Assembly: GCA_963740635.1 (NCBI GenBank) | Contig: CAVUEQ010000001.1 | Coordinates: forward strand, 337,026 to 401,025 | Source: an uncultured bacterium | Lineage (GTDB): Bacteria; Patescibacteriota; Saccharimonadia; UBA4664 | Direction: 5' to 3' | Length of the DNA stretch: 64,000 nt | In this document: piece after piece, positions 17,827-27,019 of the stretch | Layout: each line of letters starts with the position of its first letter | How positions within the stretch are numbered: position 1 is the first letter of the stretch | Notes under the pieces: generated by a model | Seen by the model: the letters and a program-made list of their open reading frames with translations, nothing else | What the model was told of the DNA's origin: nothing | The model's database searches: none | Translations under genes and position numbers: made by a program

Positions 17827-19370
17827 TATTCGATGACCTCCCCGCCCAAAATTTCTAAGGCCGAGCTCACCAGGTCCGCGGTTTGGCCGCGCCCCCGCCG
17901 GCCGGGTTTGCCGGTCTCTTCGGTGCGGGCGCTGAACTTGAGGCGCCGGCCATAAACCTTGGCGATGGCGGTCTCGACGGCAGTGCGGTTGGCGGTTTTG
18001 AGGAACAGGTCGCGGTGGAAATTGAAGCGGGGCTTGATAGTGATCTCAGCGTCCGAAAAGTCGAGCGGATACATTTGCAGAAGTGCGGCCAAAGAGTTGT
18101 TTTCGGCTTTTATAAGCATCAAAACCTTGGGCCACAATTTAGCGTCGGCCGACGCGGACTGGCTATGAGACGATATCCCCTTGGGTTCGGGTGATGATTG
18201 AGTCGATTTTTCTGGCGTTAGAGTTTTCGGTGCACCTGTTGATGTGTCGGGCTGCGTCTTATTTGCATTAGTTACAGGAACCTCGATTTTTACCTGGGCA
18301 GTATCAGTTACCGTAACCGTATCGACAACTGAAATCGGGTGTGCCAGCTGGACCAGGGTAGCTTCCAATGACAGTTGCGGCCAGTCTGATTTTTCGATGG
18401 CAACCAGTTTTTCTATGACTGATGCAATCCGCTCAATTGGAAGCTCGGCAAGTTCCTGCGTCGCCGAATTGGGCGCTTTCGGAAGAATACCGGTGTTGGC
18501 AAGTAGGGCCGTGCGCCATTGCAGAGCCAGCTGGTTCGCAACCCGCGTAGCTTGCGCGCCGGCCTGGTGAAGCCGGGCAGTAATCCTGAGTGCCTCGGCT
18601 GGACTCCCCTTGGCGATAGCCAAACTCAACGCATCGATTTCCTCGGTGGTGGTATAGCCTAGCAGTTCACGAACCTGCTCGTCGGTAATTTCGGCTTTAG
18701 AGCTGGCAAGTTGATCTAAGGTACTGATGGCATCCCGAAAACTGCCGCCGGCTGAAGCGGCAACTATCTTGAGCGCAGCCTCTGATACCATAATTTTTTC
18801 GCTGGCGGTGATTTTTTGGAGTTGCTTAACGATATCTTCTTCCGAAATCCGCTTAAACGAAAACGCTTGCGTTCTAGAAACGATAGTCTCTGGAAGCTTA
18901 TGCGCTTCGGTGGTGGCGAGGATAAATACGACGTGGGACGGCGGCTCCTCCAGGGTCTTAAGCAAGGCGTTAAACGCCTCAGTTGTAAGCATATGCACTT
19001 CGTCGATGATATAGACCTTATACTGGCCTTGAGTGGGGGCCAGGTTCACTTTGTCCCGGAGATCGCGAATAGAATCAATCGAACGGTTGGAGGCGGCGTC
19101 CATTTCGATAATATCGAGCGACGAATTGATGGCCGTGAGGCAGTTGGGGCATTGATTGCAGGGTTTGGGCTCGCCGGTGCAATTGAGGGCGCGGGCGAGC
19201 AGACGGGCGACGCTGGTTTTGCCGACCCCGCGCGGGCCGGTGAACAGGTAGGCATGACGCAGGCGGCCGCTGGCCAGAGCCGACGTCAATGTGCGCACCA
19301 CGTGTTCCTGGCCGACAACGTCGGCGAACGTGTTGCTGCGGTATTTGCGGTACAGCGCCTCGGCCATCAA
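17826..19370 (-). CDS. dnaX: DNA polymerase III gamma/tau subunit
   Basis: YRKYRSNTFADVVGQEHV..HAYLFTGPRGVGKTS..CNQCPNC.. Confidence 0.9.
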   Translation of the reverse strand: MMAEALYRKYRSNTFADVVGQEHVVRTLTSALASGRLRHAYLFTGPRGVGKTSVARLLARALNCTGEPKPCNQCPNCLTAINSSLDIIEMDAASNRSIDSIRDLRDKVNLAPTQGQYKVYIIDEVHMLTTEAFNALLKTLEEPPSHVVFILATTEAHKLPETIVSRTQAFSFKRISEEDIVKQLQKITASEKIMVSEAALKIVAASAGGSFRDAISTLDQLASSKAEITDEQVRELLGYTTTEEIDALSLAIAKGSPAEALRITARLHQAGAQATRVANQLALQWRTALLANTGILPKAPNSATQELAELPIERIASVIEKLVAIEKSDWPQLSLEATLVQLAHPISVVDTVTVTDTAQVKIEVPVTNANKTQPDTSTGAPKTLTPEKSTQSSPEPKGISSHSQSASADAKLWPKVLMLIKAENNSLAALLQMYPLDFSDAEITIKPRFNFHRDLFLKTANRTAVETAIAKVYGRRLKFSARTEETGKPGRRGRGQTADLVSSALEILGGEVIE

Positions 19371-19433
19371 CCCCTCACTTCAGGCTCCAATTATATCTGA
19401 TTGGGGCGTGACTTCATAGTGGATAAGCTTAGG

Positions 19434-19973
19434 TTATCTGTGTGATTTCAGGTGTTCCAGCAGCTGCCGGGCGGCTTGGCCTCGGGCACTGAACTGGTTC
19501 TTTTCCTCGGTCGTAATTTCAGCATTTGTTTTGGCTTGCCCTTCCGCTAAAAAGATAGGGTCAAACCCGAACCCATTTTCCCCTCTCGGGGCCACGATTT
19601 GCCCATGGAATTCGGACGAAAAGATGTGGGTCGAACCGTCGGCCGACCGGTAGCCGATAGTGACGCGCGACGTAGCGGAGTGGTCTTTGTAATGCGTGAC
19701 CAGCTCAGCCAGCCCGGCGGGCTTGAGAGAATCCAGGAACCATTTGATAAGCGGTCCGGGCAGTGGGTCGATGCAGTGAAAAATAAGCGATACATCTTCG
19801 ACGATAAATTCGCCGTCGTGGAGCTTGGCGGCTTGGGCGAGTTTATGCTCGATGACGGTGCTGGGGTCGAGGGACTGGATCTCGTCGAGCTCGAGCGCGA
19901 GTTGCTCGATTTCCGGGATCACGGCCTTTACTTCGCGAAATTTACCGGCGTTGCCGGTGATGAAATACAGCAT
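19434..19973 (-). CDS. rdgB: Non-canonical purine NTP pyrophosphatase (RdgB/HAM1 family)
   Basis: MLYFITGNAGKFREV.., ..GFGFDPIF.., ..EEKNQFSARGQA.. Confidence 0.85.
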   Translation of the reverse strand: MLYFITGNAGKFREVKAVIPEIEQLALELDEIQSLDPSTVIEHKLAQAAKLHDGEFIVEDVSLIFHCIDPLPGPLIKWFLDSLKPAGLAELVTHYKDHSATSRVTIGYRSADGSTHIFSSEFHGQIVAPRGENGFGFDPIFLAEGQAKTNAEITTEEKNQFSARGQAARQLLEHLKSHR

Positions 19974-20191
19974 TAATGAAATAGCCCTTCGACCCGCTGC
20001 TTGAGGTTGTTGACTTTGGAGTCGAGACTTTTGACCGACTGGGTAATCTTGTCGTTACGCTCCAGGGTCTGAATGCGGTTATTTTGGGAGCTGACGGTTT
20101 TGAGCAGGGATAACGTCACGAGTGCATTAAGGACCACCACGACCACGACGGCGATGGCAATGTTGCGCTTACCGGCGGGAGTGAGCTGCAT
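19973..20191 (-). CDS. Small membrane-anchored coiled-coil protein, hypothetical
   Basis: 72 aa with one TM segment (IAIAVVVVVVLNALVTLSLL). Its stop abuts the rdgB start. Confidence 0.4.
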   Translation of the reverse strand: MQLTPAGKRNIAIAVVVVVVLNALVTLSLLKTVSSQNNRIQTLERNDKITQSVKSLDSKVNNLKQRVEGLFH

Positions 20192-20194
20192 GGC

Positions 20195-20761
20195 CTAGCC
20201 GATAACGGCTTCGATGGCGGCCCATTCGGCGTCGCCCTCTTCAGGGATTACCATCGTCACCTGGTCGCCGGGCTGGGCCTTGAAATAGGTGACGCTGGCG
20301 AAGAGCACGTGGTATTCCTTGCCGCGGGCTTCCACGAAGTAGGCCCCGTCTTTGAGGTTGAGGGTGCCGATGAGCTTCTTGCGCTCTACCGGGCCGATTT
20401 GCTTGTAGATGAAAGTGCCGTCGTCGCCGATGATGAGCTTGAGCTGGTCGCCCTGGACGAGTTTGGACTTAGAGGCGTAGTTGGCGGGCACAGGGTAGGA
20501 TTTGCCGTCGGGGCCGATCATGTGCTGGCCGTCGAAGCCGCCCTCGATGACTTTGCCGCTTTGGGCGGTGCTGGATTTGGCTTCGGCCACCGAAACGGTC
20601 TCATCGGAACCGATGAGGCTGGTGAGCAACTCTTTGGCTCCGGCCAGGTTGGTTTCGGCCGATTCGATGAGTTTCTTGAGCGTCTTGAGTTGTTTTTCCG
20701 TAATATCTGCCACCAAAAATCCCTTTGGTATTGGTTTCCACACACTTGCTGGTTCATTCAT
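20195..20761 (-). CDS. Hypothetical protein
   Basis: Protein-like composition. Trimmed to ATG 20759-20761 (MNEPASVWKP..). No family recognised. Confidence 0.5.
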   Translation of the reverse strand: MNEPASVWKPIPKGFLVADITEKQLKTLKKLIESAETNLAGAKELLTSLIGSDETVSVAEAKSSTAQSGKVIEGGFDGQHMIGPDGKSYPVPANYASKSKLVQGDQLKLIIGDDGTFIYKQIGPVERKKLIGTLNLKDGAYFVEARGKEYHVLFASVTYFKAQPGDQVTMVIPEEGDAEWAAIEAVIG

Positions 20762-20794
20762 ACTACGAGGCGCGAACAAAGTCAAAACAAATTA

Positions 20795-20820
20795 CAAAAA
20801 AGAGACCCGCAACGGGTCTC
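20795..20820 (-). terminator. Intrinsic terminator downstream of rplL
   Basis: Minus strand reads GAGACCCG TTG CGGGTCTC TTTTTTG. Confidence 0.8.
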
Positions 20821-20842
20821 AATTTTGTGCGAAAACTCAGTT

Positions 20843-21268
20843 TTACTGCAGCTCGACGCTGGCGCCGGCGGCTTCGAGCTTGGACTTGGCGTCTTCGGCG
20901 TCGGCCTTGGCGATGTTTTCCTTGACGGGCTTGGGAGCGGCGTCCACGAGGGCCTTGGACTCGGCCAGGCCGAGGCCGGTGATCTCGCGAACGGCCTTGA
21001 TGACGTTGATCTTCTGGTCGCCGGCTGCGGCCAGGACGACCGTGAAGGCCGACTTCTCTTCGGCGGCCGGGCCCTCTTCGGCGGCGGCGGGGGCGGCGAC
21101 GGCGGCTGCGGGGGCCGCGGCGCTCACACCATAGTGCTTCTCGAGCACTTTCACGAGCTCACTCAGCTCGAGCACGCTCAGCTTGTCGATCTGCTCAACG
21201 AGCTTCTCGAACTTAGCGGGTACTTCAAATTTCTCTACGGTGGTTTTCTCCTCAGTAGCTTCAGCCAT
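20843..21268 (-). CDS. rplL: 50S ribosomal protein L7/L12
   Basis: ..[19 protein letters not shown].., Ala-rich hinge, ..[21 protein letters not shown].. Confidence 0.95.
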   Translation of the reverse strand: MAEATEEKTTVEKFEVPAKFEKLVEQIDKLSVLELSELVKVLEKHYGVSAAAPAAAVAAPAAAEEGPAAEEKSAFTVVLAAAGDQKINVIKAVREITGLGLAESKALVDAAPKPVKENIAKADAEDAKSKLEAAGASVELQ

Positions 21269-21326
21269 TTTGAGATCCTTTCTCTCTAAGCTCCGATCTT
21301 TCTTGGGTTAAGATTGGAGCTTGTGT

Positions 21327-21857
21327 TTATGCTTTCGCTTCGCTCAATGCATTTAACACGTTAATTATATTTCTCACATTGCCGGACATGACACCGACAA
21401 AACCGGTCAGCGGGGCCGCGATGGTGCCGACGACCTGAGCAATGAGTTGCTCGCGGGTGGGCAGGGTCGCCAGGGCCTTCACCTCGGCGGCCGACAGGAC
21501 TTGCCCGTCGCCGGTGATGGCGCCCACGATCTCCAGGGCCTCGTGCTTCTGGGCGTACTGGAAGACCACGCGGGCCGGGGCTACCTCATCTTCGAAGCCC
21601 ATGGCGAGCGCCATCGGGCCGGTGAAGGTGGCTGGGTCGATGCCCTTGAAGGCGGGGTTGCCGGCGGCGGCCAGGCGCAGCAGCGTGTTTTTGGTGACAC
21701 GGTAGCTAATGCCTTCGTCGCGCAGCACGGTGCGCAGACCCTCGACCTCGCGGACGGTGAGCCCCCGGTAGTCGGTCATGACGGCCAGTTTGAGGCGGCT
21801 AAGCTCACCGCTGAGGGTGTCAACGGCTTGCTCTTTGGCGGCTCGGGTGATGGCCAT
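21327..21857 (-). CDS. rplJ: 50S ribosomal protein L10
   Basis: MAITRAAKEQAVDTLSGELSRLKLAVMTDYRGLTVREVEGLR.. Confidence 0.95.
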   Translation of the reverse strand: MAITRAAKEQAVDTLSGELSRLKLAVMTDYRGLTVREVEGLRTVLRDEGISYRVTKNTLLRLAAAGNPAFKGIDPATFTGPMALAMGFEDEVAPARVVFQYAQKHEALEIVGAITGDGQVLSAAEVKALATLPTREQLIAQVVGTIAAPLTGFVGVMSGNVRNIINVLNALSEAKA

Positions 21858-22020
21858 ACTAGTCTCCTGACATTCGGGTTAATAATGAAAAATCTCTCGT
21901 CAGCCGAGAGACATACAAAACGTTCCATGCTCTGAGCCACATCGTGCGACGGGCCCGGTCCGGAATCGCCTCGGTAGCGGATTAAGCTCGTGTGAGCAGC
22001 TACTGTCTTCGGTGAACTTG
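21858..22020 (-). promoter_or_regulatory. rplJ 5' leader (candidate L10 leader) with a terminator-like hairpin
   Basis: About 160-nt untranslated leader. Minus strand carries TCTCTCG GCTGA CGAGAGA TTTTT at 21887-21911, 30 nt before the start codon. AGGAG lies 7 nt upstream of the ATG. Confidence 0.4.
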
Positions 22021-22023
22021 GGT

Positions 22024-22052
22024 ATACTACCTGATAATGGCTGATGGGTCAA
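22024..22052 (-). promoter_or_regulatory. Candidate sigma-70-type promoter for rplJL
   Basis: Minus strand TTGACC (22047-22052), 17-nt spacer, TAGTAT (22024-22029). Confidence 0.4.
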
Positions 22053-22317
22053 TGCTTTCGTGCGGGGCAAGTGTACAGACAATGGGGTGGCGAGGCCGCT
22101 CGGAGGGACATGTGTTTTTCCAATTGATGTTGTAATAAGGTTTTATACTCAAACGTGAACTTGTCCTGCATGCCATGTGCGCTTGTTACCTAATAATATG
22201 GCTTTAAGGGCCGATTGTTCTCGGAAGATGAGAAGAATTGAGGCAAGAAGTAGCCATACCATCATTTTGAAAAATGGCGTTCCCTCCGAGGGAGTAAAGT
22301 ATTGAGGGGGCCGAGAC

Positions 22318-22725
22318 TCATTGAGTCTCGGCCCCATTGTCGGTTAGGTTGGGGTCTGGGGTTTCGTCGACGCCCTCGAGGTCTTGAAGGGTTCCGACGA
22401 TGAGCTCGCTGCGCCTCTTGCCGATGAGGCGGTCAAGTTTGGCCCTGAGACGGGCCAACCTCGGCAGGTCCTCGGCGCCTTCGAGTTTGAAGTGGTGCGT
22501 GATGCGCTCGATCCACAGCACTAGGCTGTGGACGGTGGCGGTTTCGTCGGCGACATCCACCTTGGTCTCGGCTGCGACATCCGGCGCAGGATTCAAGATG
22601 TCATCAAGCTGGCGGACGTCACCGGCGAGTTTCTCGGCAGAGACGCGTAAGCGGATGCGCCTCACGATGACCACCGCGATGATTGTCAACGCGCTGAAAG
22701 TCGCGGCCTTTCTTGTTCCGGGCAT
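22318..22725 (-). CDS. Hypothetical membrane-anchored protein
   Basis: Trimmed to MPGTRKAATFSALTIIAVVIVRR.. (ATG 22723-22725). One N-terminal TM segment, acidic C-terminus. A 14-bp perfect palindrome (22307-22335) spans the stop codon. Confidence 0.4.
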   Translation of the reverse strand: MPGTRKAATFSALTIIAVVIVRRIRLRVSAEKLAGDVRQLDDILNPAPDVAAETKVDVADETATVHSLVLWIERITHHFKLEGAEDLPRLARLRAKLDRLIGKRRSELIVGTLQDLEGVDETPDPNLTDNGAETQ

Positions 22726-22864
22726 TGGGACTCCTACGGTCGGTGGGCATATCCGTAACAGACAGTATACATAAAAACGGGGAAGGCGGCCCGGGGCTTG
22801 TGGGCCCCGAACCGCCTTCAGCGCGGCAGACTGGTAGTCCGCCACACTGTTGCTGAAAATCCTC

Positions 22865-24223
22865 CTATCCTTCTATCGCGAGAGGCATATGGTCACCAAA
22901 CTGAGTTGCTAATGCAAATGCCTGTTCCATATTGAACCTCGGGTCTACCCGCGAGCGATAACCTGTTCGCAGGTCGGCTGGAATGATCCGCCCTGGTCCG
23001 CCCAGGCATTCGCTCACGTTGTCGTGTGTGGCTTCCAGGTGCAATCCTCCCGGGAACAGCCCGAAGCTGCTGACGATGTCGGCGAAGAGCAGGCACTCAC
23101 GCAAGATATCGTCGTACTTGCGGGTCTTGATCTTGCTTTGCTCGTCTCCTTCCACTTGGACCTCGACGTTATTTCCGTGCATGGGGTCAGTGAGCAGAAT
23201 GACCGGCTTACCGGTCTTGATGACCTGCTCCAGAATTGGTGGCAGGCACTCTTCGATCTTACTGACCCCGAACCGCATGATGAACGTGAGGCGGCCCGGT
23301 GTCCCGTTCGGGTCGAGCTTGTCCACGATTTGCGGGATGTGCTCAGGAGGCGTCCCTGGGCCCACCTTGTACCCGATCGGGTTGGCGATGGAAGCGGCAT
23401 AATCCACGTGAGCTCCATCTGGGTCGCCGGTCCGGTAGCCGAGCCAGCCCATGTGTGTCCCAAGGTTGTACTTCTTGCCTGTATCGGGATCGCGCCGGGT
23501 AAGCGACCGCTCATATCCGAGCTCGAGGAGTTCGCGTGACAGGTTCATCCTGGGCACGGCTAGAATCGGGTCCGCGGTGTTAGCGCCGCACGCCTTCATG
23601 AACGCAACGGCCCGGTCGATGAGCCCTGAAAGCTCGCGGAACCTAGCGCCCTCGATCGACTTCGATTTGCGCAGTGTGCTCCAGGACTTGAGCAGGTCGA
23701 GGCTGAGGTCGCCGGACCGCACGTAGTTGCCAATGAGGTTGTGTGTACTCATCGACTGGTTGTACGCCTGGAGGAGCCGGTTCGGGTCGGGCACCCGCTG
23801 AGCGAGCTCGATGCCGTTGACAGCGTCACCGTAGTAGCTGTAGTACCGGACGCCGTTGATGGTGACGTACTGGCTGCTGCGGGGCTTGAAGAACTGTGAC
23901 CAGCGCAGGAATCTCGCGACCGGCAGCCCCAGTTTGTACTGGAGCACGATGGACACCTCGACAAGGTGCGCCACCTGGGCTCGCATGTAGAGCTCGAGCT
24001 CCGGGCTGTCCTTGAAAGTCTCCGCGCAGTCCCCCATCATGAGCGCGATTGCCAGACCCTGGGCGACGGCGGCGAGTTCGGCCGTCCCGGCGTCGATGGC
24101 CCGGGGGTCGGTAATGCCCGGGCGTTTTCGGATTTGACGCAGCACCGAGCGGTACTGGGCGCGGTTGGGCCACGGGGCCTGGTGCAGCGGTGCGGCTTTG
24201 CGGATGCGCGTTGGTGTTGTCAC
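22865..24223 (-). CDS. Class II 3-deoxy-7-phosphoheptulonate (DAHP) synthase homologue
   Basis: 452 aa, GTG start with AGGGGG 6 nt upstream. Family blocks MMGDCAETF, QFFKPRSS, NPIGYKVGPG, IMRFG, LLTDPMHGNN, GGLHLEATHDNVSECLGG, VDPRFN. Candidate Cys/His/Glu/Asp metal ligands are all present. Confidence 0.8.
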   Translation of the reverse strand: MTTPTRIRKAAPLHQAPWPNRAQYRSVLRQIRKRPGITDPRAIDAGTAELAAVAQGLAIALMMGDCAETFKDSPELELYMRAQVAHLVEVSIVLQYKLGLPVARFLRWSQFFKPRSSQYVTINGVRYYSYYGDAVNGIELAQRVPDPNRLLQAYNQSMSTHNLIGNYVRSGDLSLDLLKSWSTLRKSKSIEGARFRELSGLIDRAVAFMKACGANTADPILAVPRMNLSRELLELGYERSLTRRDPDTGKKYNLGTHMGWLGYRTGDPDGAHVDYAASIANPIGYKVGPGTPPEHIPQIVDKLDPNGTPGRLTFIMRFGVSKIEECLPPILEQVIKTGKPVILLTDPMHGNNVEVQVEGDEQSKIKTRKYDDILRECLLFADIVSSFGLFPGGLHLEATHDNVSECLGGPGRIIPADLRTGYRSRVDPRFNMEQAFALATQFGDHMPLAIEG

Positions 24224-24290
24224 CTAAGCCCCCTTGGGCGGTTGGGTTGGATGGATATTCAGTTTTGATGTACGCGGGGCCTAATTTCTA

Positions 24291-24317
24291 AAAAACCTGC
24301 CCCGGGGGCAGGTTTTA
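24291..24317. terminator. Hairpin with A/T flanks between the IS copy and the DAHP synthase gene
   Basis: AAAAACCTGCC CCGGG GGCAGGTTTTA. Confidence 0.5.
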
Positions 24318-24451
24318 AGGGTGTGCGGTGTTAAAACCTAGCCTCGGGGAAGGTTGCTCGTAAACCAGTAGTAGTAGAAGGTTGGGCGGCTAGAAGTCAT
24401 TTGTGGGGATTATGCCTGGCTACAGAGCACAAGTCAAGGGCGAAATATCGC

Positions 24452-25335
24452 GGTTCTGTCCACTAAACCGGAACAGCCATACTCTTAAGTAATGTGAATG
24501 GGTCTCGAAATAGTTCAGGGTGGCTCCTCCGTGCCTGAAACTCCTGCAGTATGCCGGACAAGAAGCGCTTCAAGAAGCGGTCGCGGGTTCGGATGACAAA
24601 CCGGTCCAGGCAGCTCCAGACATTCTCGGCCCGGTTGGTTGGCCCGAAGTGCCCCCGGTCATGGTTGCAGACGACGAGTCCGTAGCCGACGTCCTCGAGC
24701 CCCAGATGGGAAGCGTGGGCGTCAGCATGAATGAGGCTGCCGACCTCAGCGTGACGGTCAAGGAAGCCCTCAACGGTATCTTGGGCTACATCCGGAATGA
24801 CCTCTAGTCGCACTTTGTTTGTTTCCCGGTCGACCACCCCCATGACAATAGCTTGGTTGCCATATTTCTGGTGACCCAGGAAGGACTCGTCAATCTCCAG
24901 GAGGCCAGCCAATGGGTCGCCCTCACTGCGGGGCAACCGGGACCGGAGCCGTTCCAGCCACCGCTGCACCGTCGGGTAGCTGAGGCCGGTCGCCACCACA
25001 ATGTCGCCTGGAGAGTGCTTGCCCTGCCAACAGATGACGAGGGCCAGGATCTTGACCCAGGACAGCTTCGAGAACCCGAATCCCAGGTTGCGCTTGAGGC
25101 TCCATTTCCGGCGGCAGGTACCGCACCACAGGTATTTCTCCCGTACAAGTATTGTCTTGTGGCTTTGCCAAGGGCAAACCAGGCCATTGGGATATATTTC
25201 CCGGACCACCAGCTCGACACACTCCTGGTTATCCCGGGGCAGATTTATTAAGGTATACATTGGAACAAGTCTCCTTGCTTTAAGTTATTGCCGTAACTTA
25301 AGTGTAGAACTTGTTCCGCTTTAGTTTAGAGAACC
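24452..25335 (-). mobile_element. IS1595-family insertion sequence, copy A (884 bp)
   Basis: Identical base for base to 32372-33255. Imperfect terminal inverted repeats GGTTCTGTCCACTAAACCGGAACA / GGTTCTCTAAACTAAAGCGGAACA (20 of 24). 9-bp direct target duplication AAATATCGC at 24443-24451 and 25336-25344. Confidence 0.9.
24463..25260 (-). CDS. IS1595-family (ISXO2-like DDE) transposase
   Basis: 265 aa. N-terminal Cys-rich zinc ribbon (CPW..CGTCRRKW), then ..LLEIDESFLG.., ..GSLIHADAHASH.., ..PTNRAENVWSCLDRF.. Confidence 0.85.
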   Translation of the reverse strand: MYTLINLPRDNQECVELVVREIYPNGLVCPWQSHKTILVREKYLWCGTCRRKWSLKRNLGFGFSKLSWVKILALVICWQGKHSPGDIVVATGLSYPTVQRWLERLRSRLPRSEGDPLAGLLEIDESFLGHQKYGNQAIVMGVVDRETNKVRLEVIPDVAQDTVEGFLDRHAEVGSLIHADAHASHLGLEDVGYGLVVCNHDRGHFGPTNRAENVWSCLDRFVIRTRDRFLKRFLSGILQEFQARRSHPELFRDPFTLLKSMAVPV

Positions 25336-25356
25336 AAATATCGCCGGCAGGTGTGG

Positions 25357-25396
25357 GTAGCATGGAGGCCGCGGGTTAGCTCGGCCTCCATGCTAC
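25357..25396 (-). terminator. Strong hairpin downstream of the glyA-side operon
   Basis: Perfect 15-bp stem GTAGCATGGAGGCCG (25357-25371) / CGGCCTCCATGCTAC (25382-25396) with a 10-nt loop. No clear U-tract. Confidence 0.45.
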
Positions 25397-25400
25397 GTCG

Positions 25401-25763
25401 CTACGACGGATCCTCGCTCCCTGGCCGGCGCTCCTTGGTCGCATCTTTGAGATCCGATTTCGCTGCTAGCTCCAACAGATCCGATTCAAGGCCTAGCCCG
25501 CCGGGTGGGTGGAGGGGAACTCCGCGCCGCATGCGCTTCAGGGCACCCAGCAGTCGTCCCCAGCGCGACATGCCATGCTCGTCGATGCTGCCTGCCCGGT
25601 CCAGATCTTGCAGTGCAGCCGCCAGTGGTGGGTCGCGTTCTGGCCGGGTGAGCGCGATTGAAATTCGTTTGATCAATTCGGCGGCTGCTAGGCTATGGTC
25701 ACGCGAAAGTTTGTTGAGCTCTCTGTAGGAGAACCTAAAGTGGATTAGGCTGGCGAATACCAC
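25401..25763 (-). CDS. Hypothetical protein (weak call)
   Basis: 120-aa ORF overlapping the glyA 3' end by 19 nt. No family recognised. The opposite-strand ORF is Arg/Ser-rich. Confidence 0.3.
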   Translation of the reverse strand: MVFASLIHFRFSYRELNKLSRDHSLAAAELIKRISIALTRPERDPPLAAALQDLDRAGSIDEHGMSRWGRLLGALKRMRRGVPLHPPGGLGLESDLLELAAKSDLKDATKERRPGSEDPS

Positions 25764-27004
25764 CAGTTAAGTTTTTTGGCGAGCTTTAACGCGAACTCCT
25801 TGGCTTCATCTTCACTGGTTTTCCCTAGCGCCAGGCCGGCAATGAGGCGGCCGAGTTTGGTGGCTTGGGCCGGGGTGAGGCCGCGGCTGGCCAGGGCCGC
25901 CGTGCCGAAGCGCATGCCGCTGGGGCGCCAGGCTGATTTGGTATCAAACGGGATCATGTTGCGGTTACTAATGATGCCTGCCCTCTCGAGACTGCGCTGA
26001 AACTCCAGGCTGTCGACGTCGTCCGGGAGCTTGATGAGGCAAAGATGGTTTTGGGTGGGGCTCACGACCTCCAGACCGCCCGCTTCGGCACCGGCTTCGA
26101 GCGCCCGGCAGGTGTCGAGGATGGCCTGCGAGTAATCCTTGAAGCTGCGCCCGTCGGGGTGCTGCTCTTCGCCTAGAATCTCGAGCAGGGCCTGGCCGGC
26201 CGCGGCAATTTGATGCAGGTGCGGGCCGCCGGACGTGCCCGGGAAAATGGTCTTGTTGATGGCCGGCATGTGTCCGGTTTTGGCAAACAGCATGGCCCCA
26301 CGCGGGCCGCGGAAGGTTTTGTGCGTGGTCATGCTCACAAAATCCGCGCCCTCGTCCCCCGCGCGAAACGGCGTGTCGTGCAGCCCGGCCGCTACCAGCC
26401 CGTTGATGTGGGCGATGTCGGCCAGCACCAATGCCCCGGCCTCGTGCGCCCACTTGGTAAATTGAGCGAATTTGTACTGGCGCGGGTAGGCGGAAAAGCC
26501 CAGGATGACCAATTTGGGCTTATGCTCGGCCAGCTTAGCCCTGTAATCGTCCTCGTCGATATCGAAGGTGTGTGGGGCGGTCTCTTTTACGTCATAATTG
26601 ACAAGCTTGAAGAATTTGAGGTAATTGCTGGTGGCGTGGAGGTGGCTGAGGTGTCCGCCGTTGGCCAGGTTGAGGCTCATGATGGTGTCACCGGCCTCGA
26701 GCATGGCCAAATACACCATGGTGTTGGCAGGGGAGCCCGAAAGGACCTGCACGTTTACGCCGTACTCGCCGGTGGCATCAAAGACTTCGAGGGCTTTTTG
26801 TTGCACGAAAGTTTCCATTTCGTCGGCGTACACATTGCCGGCATAATAGCGCTTGCCGGGGGTACCCTCGGCGTACTTGTTGCTCCAAACGCTGCCGAGC
26901 AGGTCAAGCGCCGCCTGCGAGGGGTAATTCTCGGAGGCTATCAGGTTGAGGGTGTCGCGTTGCTTGTCGAATTCCTGGGCGGTAAGGTCTGAAAGTTTAC
27001 TCAT
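25745..27004 (-). CDS. glyA: Serine hydroxymethyltransferase
   Basis: ..LIASENYPS.., ..GGHLSHL.., ..TTHKTFRGPRGAM.. Confidence 0.95.
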   Translation of the reverse strand: MSKLSDLTAQEFDKQRDTLNLIASENYPSQAALDLLGSVWSNKYAEGTPGKRYYAGNVYADEMETFVQQKALEVFDATGEYGVNVQVLSGSPANTMVYLAMLEAGDTIMSLNLANGGHLSHLHATSNYLKFFKLVNYDVKETAPHTFDIDEDDYRAKLAEHKPKLVILGFSAYPRQYKFAQFTKWAHEAGALVLADIAHINGLVAAGLHDTPFRAGDEGADFVSMTTHKTFRGPRGAMLFAKTGHMPAINKTIFPGTSGGPHLHQIAAAGQALLEILGEEQHPDGRSFKDYSQAILDTCRALEAGAEAGGLEVVSPTQNHLCLIKLPDDVDSLEFQRSLERAGIISNRNMIPFDTKSAWRPSGMRFGTAALASRGLTPAQATKLGRLIAGLALGKTSEDEAKEFALKLAKKLNWWYSPA

Positions 27005-27019
27005 GGGCAGTTGTGCTCC

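Noticed and set aside
22149-22337. 62-aa ORF between the rplJ promoter region and the 22318 gene.
   Set aside because: It overlaps the palindrome and stop of the neighbouring ORF. It has no RBS or motif and is probably non-coding.
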